Program-made: the position numbers and the translations under genes | Origin: Gemmatimonadota bacterium | GTDB lineage: Bacteria; Gemmatimonadota; Gemmatimonadetes; Gemmatimonadales; Gemmatimonadaceae | Length of the DNA: 52,539 nt | Assembly (NCBI GenBank): GCA_031372565.1 | Contig: JANMLN010000077.1 | Span: 1 to 52,539, forward strand | Reading direction: 5' to 3' | Shown here: positions 30,177-39,054 of the stretch, in pieces | Layout of the letters: each line of letters starts with the position of its first letter | How positions within the stretch are numbered: the stretch's first letter is position 1 | The notes under the pieces: generated by a model | What the model was told of the DNA's origin: nothing | What the model saw: the letters and a program-made list of their open reading frames with translations, nothing else | Database searches by the model: none

Positions 30177-30820
30177 AGATCGTCTCCTTGGGCCACCGCA
30201 TCGCGGGTGGCCAGTAGTGCCCGTACGCGCAGGATGCCGCGCCGGATGTGTGACTTGACCGTTCCGAGCGGCGTTCCCGTCACGCGCGCAATCTCTTCGT
30301 GGGTGTGGCCGTGCAGCAGCGAGAGCTCGAGCATGCGGCGCTGCGCCTCCGGCAACGACTTGAGCGCAAGGGTGGCCCGTTCGGCGCGCCAGGTCCGATC
30401 GAGATCGTGCTCCGACTCGTCGGCCATGTCGAAGTGCTCGGGCATCCCGTCGAGCTGGGGCTGCCGTTCGCGGCGACGCGCCCGATCGATCAGTCGCCGC
30501 CGCGACACCATGGCCACCCACCCGCTCTCGCTCATGCGCGAGGCATCGTAACGCGCGGCGGTCTTCCAGAGGTCCACGAAGATCTCCTGCACGGCATCCT
30601 CCGCGTCTGCCGTGTCCGGCGACCAGCGTCGCGCCAACGACCAGACCAGCGACCCGTACCGGGCCACGCACTCGCCAACGGCGCGCTCCTCGCCGGCCGC
30701 AATGCGCGGCAGCAGCGCCTGCAGCGCCGAACCCTCGGTCACCACGACAGGCTGCGCGCCCACGAGCGCGAGGTGGGCGCGCGTGCGATCGCTGTCCGAC
30801 GGCTGCTTCTGTTCACTCAT
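30173..30820 (-). CDS. ECF RNA polymerase sigma factor (SigK-like)
   Basis: DAEDAVQEIFVDLWKTAARYD, RRRLIDR, THEEIA...PLGTVKSHIRRG. Confidence 0.92.
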   Translation of the reverse strand: MSEQKQPSDSDRTRAHLALVGAQPVVVTEGSALQALLPRIAAGEERAVGECVARYGSLVWSLARRWSPDTADAEDAVQEIFVDLWKTAARYDASRMSESGWVAMVSRRRLIDRARRRERQPQLDGMPEHFDMADESEHDLDRTWRAERATLALKSLPEAQRRMLELSLLHGHTHEEIARVTGTPLGTVKSHIRRGILRVRALLATRDAVAQGDDL

Positions 30821-30887
30821 GCGTGCGGGTTCAATGACACTCACCGGCCTGCTCCTCCGTGGACCACGAACCTGCTGGCGGAAGAGC

Positions 30888-30916
30888 CTTCGCACGATGA
30901 GGAAATCCGGATGCAC
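30888..30916 (-). promoter_or_regulatory. Putative SigK-type promoter for the sigma/anti-sigma operon, GTGCATCC-N16-CGAAG
   Basis: Mirror of the plus-strand motif; identical 8-bp -35 box and 16-nt spacer. Confidence 0.7.
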
Positions 30917-30926
30917 GACGCGGGCG

Positions 30927-30955
30927 GTGCATCCGCGAGCGCGACCGCGGCGAAC
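30927..30955 (+). promoter_or_regulatory. Putative SigK-type promoter for the fasciclin gene, GTGCATCC-N16-CGAAC
   Basis: Ends about 50 bp upstream of ATG 31007; resembles the CATCC...CGAA SigK consensus. Confidence 0.7.
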
Positions 30956-31006
30956 ACCGGGACATCACGCTCGACTGCACGCTACTCACTCACACGGAGT
31001 CCGTCC

Positions 31007-31789
31007 ATGCGCTTTCGCCCCGTTGTCGCCGCGACCCTCGCACTCGCGGCAGCCATCACGCCAGCGGCCGCCCAACACGGCGCTCGTGGCGCGACCATTC
31101 CGCAGGTGGCGCGCACGGCCGGTCAGTTCGGCACGCTGCTGGCGGCAGTCGATGCCGCCGGACTCACCGAGACGCTGCTTGGTCGCGGGCCCTTCACGTT
31201 GTTCGCCCCGACCGACGAGGCCTTCAACCGTTTGCCGAATGGCACCGTGAAGGACTTGCTCAAGCCCGAGAACCGGGAGAAGCTGCGCACGATCCTCAAG
31301 TATCACGTCATCGCCGGCCGGGTGACGGCGGCACAGGCCAGCGCTGTTCGCTCGGCGGAGACGGTCGCGGGACAGAGCGTGCGCATCAGCGCCAACGGTG
31401 ACGACCTGCGCATCAACGACGCCACCGTCCGCATCGCCGACATCCCGGCCAGCAACGGGATCATCCATGTCATCGACCGCGTGCTCATTCCCGGCGACGC
31501 GCGCGCCAGCACGACCGGTACCCCCCTCGACGTGGTGGACTTGGCCATCGATCGCGGTGTCCCGTTCTTCAACAACGGCCAGGCTGATGTCACCGTGGCC
31601 CTCTACGAGGTCGCCACGACCGCGCTCATCTCGCCAACCAGCGGCGTCTCGGACGACGTGCGACAGACGCTCCGCAAGGGACTCGCCGACACCCGCGGCT
31701 CGGCGCGCGACCGCGCCTGGACGCTCCGCAACGGGCTCGATGACGCCCGGCGGGAGTTGCAGGCGCGCATGAGCGCAGCCAGCCGTTAG
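31007..31789 (+). CDS. Fasciclin domain protein with extra C-terminal helical domain
   Basis: Signal peptide; FTLFAPTDEAF, ILKYHVI, NGIIHVIDRV; C-terminal AIDRGVPFFN...RAWTLR; GGAG RBS. Confidence 0.9.
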   Translation: MRFRPVVAATLALAAAITPAAAQHGARGATIPQVARTAGQFGTLLAAVDAAGLTETLLGRGPFTLFAPTDEAFNRLPNGTVKDLLKPENREKLRTILKYHVIAGRVTAAQASAVRSAETVAGQSVRISANGDDLRINDATVRIADIPASNGIIHVIDRVLIPGDARASTTGTPLDVVDLAIDRGVPFFNNGQADVTVALYEVATTALISPTSGVSDDVRQTLRKGLADTRGSARDRAWTLRNGLDDARRELQARMSAASR

Positions 31790-32814
31790 CGCATCCACGC
31801 ATCCAGCCGCTCGGCGACGAATGCATCGTCGCCGAGTTCGGGGTACGCGGCGCACACCCGCGTGATCGCGTCGGCCTGCCCGGGCGACAACGTCTCCGCA
31901 GGATCGAGGCACCAGGTGCCGCCAAGGAGCCCTTGCCGGCGCAGCACCTCGTGAATGCCGGCGATGCACCCGCGAAAGTCGTTGGCCGCATCGAAGATCG
32001 CCGCGTTGGCATCGGTGAGGGCGGCCGCCCGCGCCAGCCATGCGGTGTCGGCGGCGGGGGTGTTCCCCATGGCGCGGATCTCGCGCAGCTGCGCCACGGC
32101 GCGTGATGTCCAGACGGCCCACTGTCCCAGCAGTCCGCCCACGATCCGGCGCGATCCGCGCGCCACGGGCACCGGGGTCAGCAAGTCGAGCAGGATGTTG
32201 TCGTCGTTGCCCGTGTAGAGCGCCACGTCATCGCGTCCGACATCGGCCACGGCGCGCACCACATCGAGGGTGCGATAGCGATTGAACGGCGCGATCTTGA
32301 TCGCCACCAGTGCGTCGATCGACGCGAGGGCTCGCCAGAACGCTTCGCCCAGGACGCGGCCGCCAACTGCGGGCTGCAGATAGAAGCCGACCAGTGGCAG
32401 CTCGTCGCTGACGGCGCGGCAGTGCGCGATCAACTGCGCATCAGTCGCGTCGGGCAGCGCCCCGAGCGAGAGCAGCACGGCATCGTAGCCATGCTCGCGC
32501 GCGAGCACTGTTTCGCGTACGGCCTGCCTCGTATCGCCCACGGCCCCCGCGATCAGCGCGCACGGCGCCGTCGCGTCGCGACGCACGGTGTCGGCCGCGA
32601 GCGCGAGCACGGTGGGCAGCATGTCATGCGCGCGCACCGCGAACTGCGTCGTGTGCACCCCGACGGCCACGCCGCCAACGCCGCTCGACAGGTAGTAGCG
32701 CGTGAGGGCGCGCTGGCGGCGTTCATCGAGGCGGCGCTCCTCCGTGAGCGCGAGCGGGTGTGCAGGAATCACGTGACCCGCGAGCAGGTGCGACCGGAGC
32801 TCCGCGATCTTCAT
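31786..32814 (-). CDS. Dihydrodipicolinate synthase (class I aldolase) family protein
   Basis: IPAHPLAL, GVHTTQF, GFYLQ, AIKIAPF, YTGNDD. Confidence 0.85.
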   Translation of the reverse strand: MKIAELRSHLLAGHVIPAHPLALTEERRLDERRQRALTRYYLSSGVGGVAVGVHTTQFAVRAHDMLPTVLALAADTVRRDATAPCALIAGAVGDTRQAVRETVLAREHGYDAVLLSLGALPDATDAQLIAHCRAVSDELPLVGFYLQPAVGGRVLGEAFWRALASIDALVAIKIAPFNRYRTLDVVRAVADVGRDDVALYTGNDDNILLDLLTPVPVARGSRRIVGGLLGQWAVWTSRAVAQLREIRAMGNTPAADTAWLARAAALTDANAAIFDAANDFRGCIAGIHEVLRRQGLLGGTWCLDPAETLSPGQADAITRVCAAYPELGDDAFVAERLDAWMR

Positions 32815-32841
32815 TCGGTCACCTCAGGCACGGGCGCACGC

Positions 32842-33900
32842 TCAGAACTGTCCGTCCCGCACTTCGAACCTCGTCGGCTTGGCCAGCAATGGCATCCGTC
32901 GTTCGAGCCAGTGTGCCACCCATTCGATCAGCACAGGCGCCGTGATACTCGGCGCGCCGAGCAGCGACTGCATGCGCGCGGTATCGGAGAGCAGCGCATC
33001 GGCACGCTCAGCTCCGCGGACGTCGGCCATGATCCCCATCCGTCCGCCGAATCGTTCGGCGAGATCGCGGACCGAGAGTCGCTCGGGGCCTGTCACGTTC
33101 ACGACGCACGGCGGTGCGCTCGCGTGCGCGAGCAGGCGGAGCGCCATCGCATTCGCGTCACCCTGCCAGATGACGTTCACCCAGCCCATCGTCACGTCGA
33201 CCGGCTCGCCGTCTCGCACGCGCCGTCCGATGTCGACCAGCACGCCATAGCGGAGGTCGACCGCGTAGTTGAGCCGCACGATCGCGCTCGGCGTGCCGCG
33301 GCGCAACGCCGCGTCCTCGAAGGCGCGCTCGCGCCCGAGGCAGCTCATGGCGTAATCGCCGACTGGAGCGCAGGCATCGGCTTCGCGGGAGAAGGGGCCG
33401 CTCGCGTTGGACAGCGCGTAGACGTTGCCCGTGCTGAACGCGACCCAGCGCGCATCGGGCCAGCGGTCGAGGCAGCGCGCCGGCAGCACGGCGTTGAGCG
33501 CCCACGCGCGCGACGGCGCGTCGCTCGTGCCGAACTTCTGTCCCGCCATGTAGACGATGTTCGGCGCGTCGGGGAGTGCGGCGAGTGCGCGTGCATCCTC
33601 GAGGTCCGCGGCGATGGTGATGACGCCGTCCGCGTCGAGCGCGGCGCGTGCGGTCGCGTCGTGCCAGCGCGCCACCGCGATCACGCGTCGGTCGTCACCC
33701 AGCGCATGGGCCGCACGCTTCGCCATGCGGGCCAGCGACGGCCCCATCTTGCCGCCAGCGCCGAGGATGAGAATGTCGCCGGGACAATCGCGCACCGCCC
33801 GCACGACCCCGTCGTCGGGCCGAGACAGTCGCTCTTCCAGCGCCGCGAGTTCGAGCGGCGGCGCCGCAGGCGAGTCAGGTCGAGGCGGGTTCGTTGCCAC
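32842..33900 (-). CDS. NAD-dependent epimerase/dehydratase family protein
   Basis: LGAGGKMG, YMAGQKFG, FSTGNVY, YAMSCLGRE, RLNYA; GTG start approximate. Confidence 0.85.
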   Translation of the reverse strand: MATNPPRPDSPAAPPLELAALEERLSRPDDGVVRAVRDCPGDILILGAGGKMGPSLARMAKRAAHALGDDRRVIAVARWHDATARAALDADGVITIAADLEDARALAALPDAPNIVYMAGQKFGTSDAPSRAWALNAVLPARCLDRWPDARWVAFSTGNVYALSNASGPFSREADACAPVGDYAMSCLGRERAFEDAALRRGTPSAIVRLNYAVDLRYGVLVDIGRRVRDGEPVDVTMGWVNVIWQGDANAMALRLLAHASAPPCVVNVTGPERLSVRDLAERFGGRMGIMADVRGAERADALLSDTARMQSLLGAPSITAPVLIEWVAHWLERRMPLLAKPTRFEVRDGQF

Positions 33901-34645
33901 CGACCTCGACGCCGAGCTCGCGGGCAATCGCCTGCCGACCGTCCTCGATTACGGCGCGGGTGCGCGCCTTGAGCGCGGGCAAGTCGGTGGAGGTGAGACC
34001 GACCGTTGCGATAGGCGCGAGCACGCGCGCCTTCGCGATCGCCGGCCGGAACTGGAAGCTCCCCTTGGCCATCGCCTGGCGCGTACCGGCAACTGCGATC
34101 GGGAGAATCGGCGCGCCGCTCTCGATGGCCAGCTTGAAGGCGCCGTCCTTGAACGGGAGCATCTCGCGCGTCCGGCTGCGCGTGCCCTCGGGAAAGGCCA
34201 TGATGCTCACCTTTCGCGCCAGCCGATCGCGCGCGGCCTCGATGGCGGCCATCGCTCCCGCACGATCGCCGCGCTTGACCGGAATGTCGAGCGACCCGCG
34301 CATCATCCAGCCCATGAACGGGATCTTGAAGATCGTGGTCTTGGCCATCCACTTCATCTCCCACGGAAACATGGAGATGAGGAACACATCGGCGTACGAC
34401 TCGTGATTGGACACCACCACGTAGGGCCGCCGAGGATCAGTCGGCCCCTGGCCCTCCACCGAGAACCGCCAGAGCGGATTGAGGCGGATCGCGGTAACCG
34501 CGATGAGGCGAAAGGCGCGTCCAGCCGCGTAACGCCCGCGGTCGAATGGAGCGGTTGCGACAAAGACCAGCGCCCAGACGGGGAACAGGACGATCACGAC
34601 CAGGACCGTCTCGAGCCACGCGAGGGCGCTCAGCAGCGTCTGCAT
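33875..34645 (-). CDS. 1-acyl-sn-glycerol-3-phosphate acyltransferase family protein
   Basis: NHESYAD (HxxxxD), FPEGTRS, PFKDGAF. Confidence 0.92.
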   Translation of the reverse strand: MQTLLSALAWLETVLVVIVLFPVWALVFVATAPFDRGRYAAGRAFRLIAVTAIRLNPLWRFSVEGQGPTDPRRPYVVVSNHESYADVFLISMFPWEMKWMAKTTIFKIPFMGWMMRGSLDIPVKRGDRAGAMAAIEAARDRLARKVSIMAFPEGTRSRTREMLPFKDGAFKLAIESGAPILPIAVAGTRQAMAKGSFQFRPAIAKARVLAPIATVGLTSTDLPALKARTRAVIEDGRQAIARELGVEVGGNEPAST

Positions 34646-34655
34646 CCGGGCGCGA

Positions 34656-34865
34656 TCAGACCGCGGCCGGTGGGTTCGTGCCGATGAAGCCGCTCTTCCG
34701 GTGGGCGTTGTCGCAGAACGGCTTGTTGGCCGAGTGGCCGCAGCGGCAGAGGAAGACGGCCTTGCCTGCGGTCGTCTCGATCGTGTTGCCGGCGTGATCC
34801 TTGAGGATGATGTCGCCATCGATCCGGATCGAGCCGTTCTCGCTGAGCGTGAGGGTCACGGACAT
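34656..34865 (-). CDS. CDGSH iron-sulfur domain protein
   Basis: LCRCGHSANKPFCDNAH. Confidence 0.9.
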   Translation of the reverse strand: MSVTLTLSENGSIRIDGDIILKDHAGNTIETTAGKAVFLCRCGHSANKPFCDNAHRKSGFIGTNPPAAV

Positions 34866-34897
34866 GGTGCGGGTTCTCGCGTGCTGGAAGGTTGGAA

Positions 34898-35332
34898 CTA
34901 CGCGCGGAGCGTGTCGGGGCGCCATCCCGTGATCGCCTTCTTCACGGCTTCGGCGTTGGCGAGCTGGCCGCCGAGGCAGCGCTCGACCAGCCCGGCCAAC
35001 TCGGCGTCGGGGGCGAAGCGCAGGCCGATGAGCTGCGAGAGCGTGAGTTCGGAGATCCGGCCCCGCATCGATTCGGGGAGCACCTCACGCAGGCGGGTCC
35101 GCTCTTCGAGGCGGATGAGGCGGTTCTGCACCGTGAGCGCCTGCGCGCGCGAGAGATATGCGACCGCCGCGAAGCCCACGGCGAACACCACGGCCCAGAT
35201 GCTGGTGAACGTGATCCCGTTCTTGAGCGACACGAGCGTCTTGATCAGGTTGATGAGCGCGATCGGCGTGGCGACATAGTGCCACAACGGGACCCACATC
35301 CGGTGGGAGGCGTACGTCTGCTGCTCGGCCAT
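34898..35332 (-). CDS. Small membrane protein (DUF6526-like)
   Basis: Q.YASH...PLWH, two TM helices, VQNRLIRLEE, QLIGLRFA.D.EL, WRPD.LR. Confidence 0.75.
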   Translation of the reverse strand: MAEQQTYASHRMWVPLWHYVATPIALINLIKTLVSLKNGITFTSIWAVVFAVGFAAVAYLSRAQALTVQNRLIRLEERTRLREVLPESMRGRISELTLSQLIGLRFAPDAELAGLVERCLGGQLANAEAVKKAITGWRPDTLRA

Positions 35333-35475
35333 CGGTCAAACCCTCACAGGATGAAAACGGGCAAGGCGCCGCCGGGCGGGAGCCCGGGGCGCCATGCACA
35401 AACTTCGCCGGAAACGGAGGGGAGCGCCAGCGGGATCAGCGCTTGAGCCAGATCATCACGATCGGCGGAACACGC

Positions 35476-36663
35476 TCACTTCCGCAGCCACACCACCACG
35501 ATCGCCGGAGACCGCGCCGCGTCGCAGTTGCACGCGGTCATCGTGCTTGGAAACCGGCTGCACGCCGTCGACGAGTTCTCGCTCCCGGCTGGAAACAGCT
35601 CCACCGATTCGACCTGATCCGCAAAGAGCGTCTGCAACACGGTGAAGTTGCTCCCGCCGCCGGGCGCAGCACGGCTCGCGGGGTTGGAGTTGCCACCACC
35701 TCCGCCAAAACCTCCGCCCCTCCCGGCCAATCCCAGCTGCACACCGGTGCCGGCATCCACCAGCGGCTGCTGTCCATCAATCAAGACGCAGGCAGCACCA
35801 GACAGATCGCGGGCGGCCATCACCCGCGCCTTCTGCCGGATCGCCCAGTCGAGCGGCGTCTTCTGCAAGTCAGCCAGGTCCTCGCGGCCAAGCAGCTCGC
35901 TCTGCGACCCGGCCATGCGCCGCCGCAACCCGAACTCGATCTGCGCGACGCTGTCCGCGGCCGACAGTCCACTCTGCGCAATGATGTCCACCTGCGACAG
36001 GTTGTACGGCAGCGGCGTGAGCGCGATCCCCAGGTTGCGCTCCAGCTGCTTGGCCATTTGCACCGAGCGCCGGACCTGCACGTATCCGAGCTTGCGCACC
36101 CGCAAGATGTACTTGCCTTCCGGAATATCGAGAAACAGGAACCGCCCGTCCGCGCGCGTGCGCATCCGCATGTCGGTGCCGTCAATCTCGACATCCGCCC
36201 CCTCGATCGGCCGGCCGCTCGTGTCCGTCACGAAGCCGTTGATCTCGTTGTACACCGAGGCCGTGACCACCACCGTGTCGAGTGTGCGCGTGAGCAGCGC
36301 GAGCTTCACCTGCACGTCCAGCTGCTGGCCCGCCACCACGTTCATCGTGAACGAGGCCGGGTCCCAGCCGAGCTTCCGGAACAACACCTCGTAGTCGCCG
36401 GGCGGAATTCCCTGCAACAGAAACGAGCCGTCGCCGCGCGACTTCACGCGCAGTGCCGTCGACATGACCACGACATCAACCCCCGACACGGGCTTGCCGT
36501 CGGGGCCGTTGACCACCCCTTTGAGCGCCCCGTACATCGGCGCCTTGGCCGTGTCGCCCTTGGCCTTCTCCTGTGCGCCCAGCACGCCGGCAGACAGCAC
36601 CACGCCAGCCACCACCACCACCACGAGCCGCACCGCTCGCATCACGTGCATGATCGCCCTCAT
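35476..36663 (-). CDS. Secreted protein with two carboxypeptidase-regulatory-like domains and a plug-like C-terminus
   Basis: Two repeats of G.V...G.P..G..V...DG.F....P.G.Y....RKLG; LDTVVVTA; VESVELF; start uncertain. Confidence 0.8.
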   Translation of the reverse strand: MRAIMHVMRAVRLVVVVVAGVVLSAGVLGAQEKAKGDTAKAPMYGALKGVVNGPDGKPVSGVDVVVMSTALRVKSRGDGSFLLQGIPPGDYEVLFRKLGWDPASFTMNVVAGQQLDVQVKLALLTRTLDTVVVTASVYNEINGFVTDTSGRPIEGADVEIDGTDMRMRTRADGRFLFLDIPEGKYILRVRKLGYVQVRRSVQMAKQLERNLGIALTPLPYNLSQVDIIAQSGLSAADSVAQIEFGLRRRMAGSQSELLGREDLADLQKTPLDWAIRQKARVMAARDLSGAACVLIDGQQPLVDAGTGVQLGLAGRGGGFGGGGGNSNPASRAAPGGGSNFTVLQTLFADQVESVELFPAGSENSSTACSRFPSTMTACNCDAARSPAIVVVWLRK

Positions 36664-36677
36664 CGGAGCGTCGTCCC

Positions 36678-37127
36678 TTACGCGGCTATCGCCTCCCGTG
36701 CGTGCCGCTTGAGTCGCTGCATCATCGCAGTGAGCCCGGATTCGCGCGCCGCCAATCCCATGCCCGCCATCACGCGCGGCACGAAGTCGGACGGAATCGC
36801 GAGGACGGTCGCCGGCGGTTCGCCATTGACGGCCCCGAGGAGAAGGCTCAGGAATGCGGCAATCGTGGGTGATTGCCGCGCATTGATGTCCACGTAGAAC
36901 CACAGTCTCCCCTCCCGGACCTCCGGAAAGAGGTCCACGCGTGTCTGGCACTCCGGGACGGTAAAGGCCGCTCGGTCGAGGGCCTGAAACCGCTCAGGCA
37001 ACGGCTCCAACTTGCGCGCGTAACCAAGCAACGCTTGCATCTTTTCCTCGCGCCCCATAGCAGAAAAACGCGCGAGCACCTTGGCGACGCTCGGAGGAAG
37101 CGGGACTTCCGTGTTCACTTCGGACAT
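36678..37127 (-). CDS. sufE: SufE family Fe-S cluster sulfur acceptor
   Basis: KMQALLGYARKL, VPECQT, R.SGL.AM..RLK. Confidence 0.8.
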   Translation of the reverse strand: MSEVNTEVPLPPSVAKVLARFSAMGREEKMQALLGYARKLEPLPERFQALDRAAFTVPECQTRVDLFPEVREGRLWFYVDINARQSPTIAAFLSLLLGAVNGEPPATVLAIPSDFVPRVMAGMGLAARESGLTAMMQRLKRHAREAIAA

Positions 37128-37260
37128 GACGACATAATACCAGCCCCCAGCCTCACGCGCGCCACGCACCTACCCCTATGGACGGGGCCGGGGCCACCCG
37201 CCATACTCGAAGGGAAGCGCTGCGTGGCACGACCCCCGTTCTGTCATCCGCGGCGCCCCA

Positions 37261-38277
37261 ATGGTTGCCTTGACCAACCCTGACGTGCATACACGCTGCC
37301 GGCCCGTTTGGTTGATCACGCTGGCCGGTCTCACCTTCGCCGCTGGCTGTCGCTCGAATTCCAGCGACACGATCGACGCGACCGGCACCCTCGAGATCAT
37401 CGAAGTCGACGTCGCCCCGTCATCCCCTGCCCGCGTCCAACGCGTCCTGGTCGACGAAGGTGCCAGCGTTCGCGTCGGCGACACGGTCGTCATCCTCTCC
37501 ACCGCGACGCTCAGCGCCAACCTCGACGAGGTCGAGGCGAGAGCCCGCAGCGCCGAGGCCATCCTCGCGGAAGTCCTCAAGGGATCGCGCGCCGAGGAGA
37601 TCAAGCGCGCCGAGTCCGATCTGGCCGCCGCACAATCCGATGTCACCCGCACCGCCGACGATCTCGCGCGCATCGCCTCCCTCGCCGCCCAGCAGAACGT
37701 GTCCGCGCAGCAGCTCAACGCCGCGCAGGCCGCGTCGCGCACCGCCCTCGCGCGGCGCGATGGCGCGCAGTCCGCCCTTTCGTTACTCCGCGAAGGCTCT
37801 CGCCCGGAGCGCATCGCGCAGGCGCGCGCCGAGGCCCAGCGCGCTCGCGCAGCGGCGGCGGCCGTTCGCGCCACAGCCAAGGACCTCGTGCTGCTGGCGC
37901 CAGTCAACGGTGTCGTCACGAGCCGCAACGCCGAGCCCGGCGAGATGCTCGGCGCGGGCCAAGCCGCCATCACGCTCGGCGAGACCAAGCGGCCGTGGGT
38001 GCGCGTGTACGTCAACCAGGGCGCGCTCCCGCGCATCACGGTCGGTGCATCGGTCGTCGGCCATCTCGACGACTATCCGGCGGTCGACTTCCCCGGCACG
38101 GTGATCGCGGTGGCCACCAAGGCCGAGTTCACGCCACGCGTGGCGCTCACCGAGAAGGAACGCGCCGATCTCCTCTTCGGCATCAAGGTCGAGTTCGCCG
38201 ACACGAGCGGTACCCTCAAGGCCGGACTGCCGATCACGGTGCGCATTGCCGGGCGCGCCGTCTCGGCGGCGCGCTGA
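37261..38277 (+). CDS. HlyD family efflux periplasmic adaptor (YbhG-like)
   Basis: Lipobox AAGC, VDEGASV..GD, coiled coil, APVNGVV, AEFTPR, LKAGLP. Confidence 0.9.
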   Translation: MVALTNPDVHTRCRPVWLITLAGLTFAAGCRSNSSDTIDATGTLEIIEVDVAPSSPARVQRVLVDEGASVRVGDTVVILSTATLSANLDEVEARARSAEAILAEVLKGSRAEEIKRAESDLAAAQSDVTRTADDLARIASLAAQQNVSAQQLNAAQAASRTALARRDGAQSALSLLREGSRPERIAQARAEAQRARAAAAAVRATAKDLVLLAPVNGVVTSRNAEPGEMLGAGQAAITLGETKRPWVRVYVNQGALPRITVGASVVGHLDDYPAVDFPGTVIAVATKAEFTPRVALTEKERADLLFGIKVEFADTSGTLKAGLPITVRIAGRAVSAAR

Positions 38278-38292
38278 GCACCCGGGCCGCGC

Positions 38293-39054
38293 ATGGCACT
38301 GCCCGCCATGGCCATCGCGGCCCCAGCCGTTCGCACCGTGCAGCTGCGCAAGGTCTTCGACGAGCTCGTCGCGGTCGACGCACTCGACCTCGAGATTCCG
38401 CGCGGCCAGGTCTTCGGGTTGCTCGGCCCCAACGGATCCGGCAAGACCACCACGATCCGCATGCTGTGCGGACTGATGCCGCCGACATCGGGCTCGGCGA
38501 CGGTGGTCGGCTTCGACGTGGCACACGACGCCGAGCGCATTCGCGAGAACATCGGCTACATGTCGCAGCGGTTCGGGCTGTACGACGATCTCACCGTCGC
38601 GGAGAACCTGCGCTTCTACGCGACCGTGTACGGATTGATCGGCACGGAGCGTGATGAGCGGCTCGCAGCGCACATGCACACCATGGGGCTCGACGCGCGG
38701 GCCCGACAGCTTGCGGGCACCTTGAGCGGCGGCTGGAAGCAGCGGCTCTCGCTGGCCTGTGCCACGGCCCACACACCGCAGATGCTCTTTCTCGACGAGC
38801 CGACGGCCGGTGTCGATCCGGCCGCACGTCGCGCCTTCTGGGAGTCGATCTACGTGCTCGCGCGCGGTGGCACCACGATTCTCGTGACCACGCACTACAT
38901 GGACGAAGCCGAGCGGTGTGAACGGCTCGCCTTTCTCTCGCGCGGGCACCTGATCGCGGTCGGCACGCCGCGCGAAGTCACCACGCAGTTCGGGACGAAG
39001 AACATCGAGGACGTGTTCATCGAGCTGCAGCGTCGCGACGAGGGGATCACGTGA
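38293..39054 (+). CDS. ABC transporter ATP-binding protein
   Basis: GPNGSGKT, LSGG, FLDEPTAGVD, TTHYMDEAE. Confidence 0.95.
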   Translation: MALPAMAIAAPAVRTVQLRKVFDELVAVDALDLEIPRGQVFGLLGPNGSGKTTTIRMLCGLMPPTSGSATVVGFDVAHDAERIRENIGYMSQRFGLYDDLTVAENLRFYATVYGLIGTERDERLAAHMHTMGLDARARQLAGTLSGGWKQRLSLACATAHTPQMLFLDEPTAGVDPAARRAFWESIYVLARGGTTILVTTHYMDEAERCERLAFLSRGHLIAVGTPREVTTQFGTKNIEDVFIELQRRDEGIT

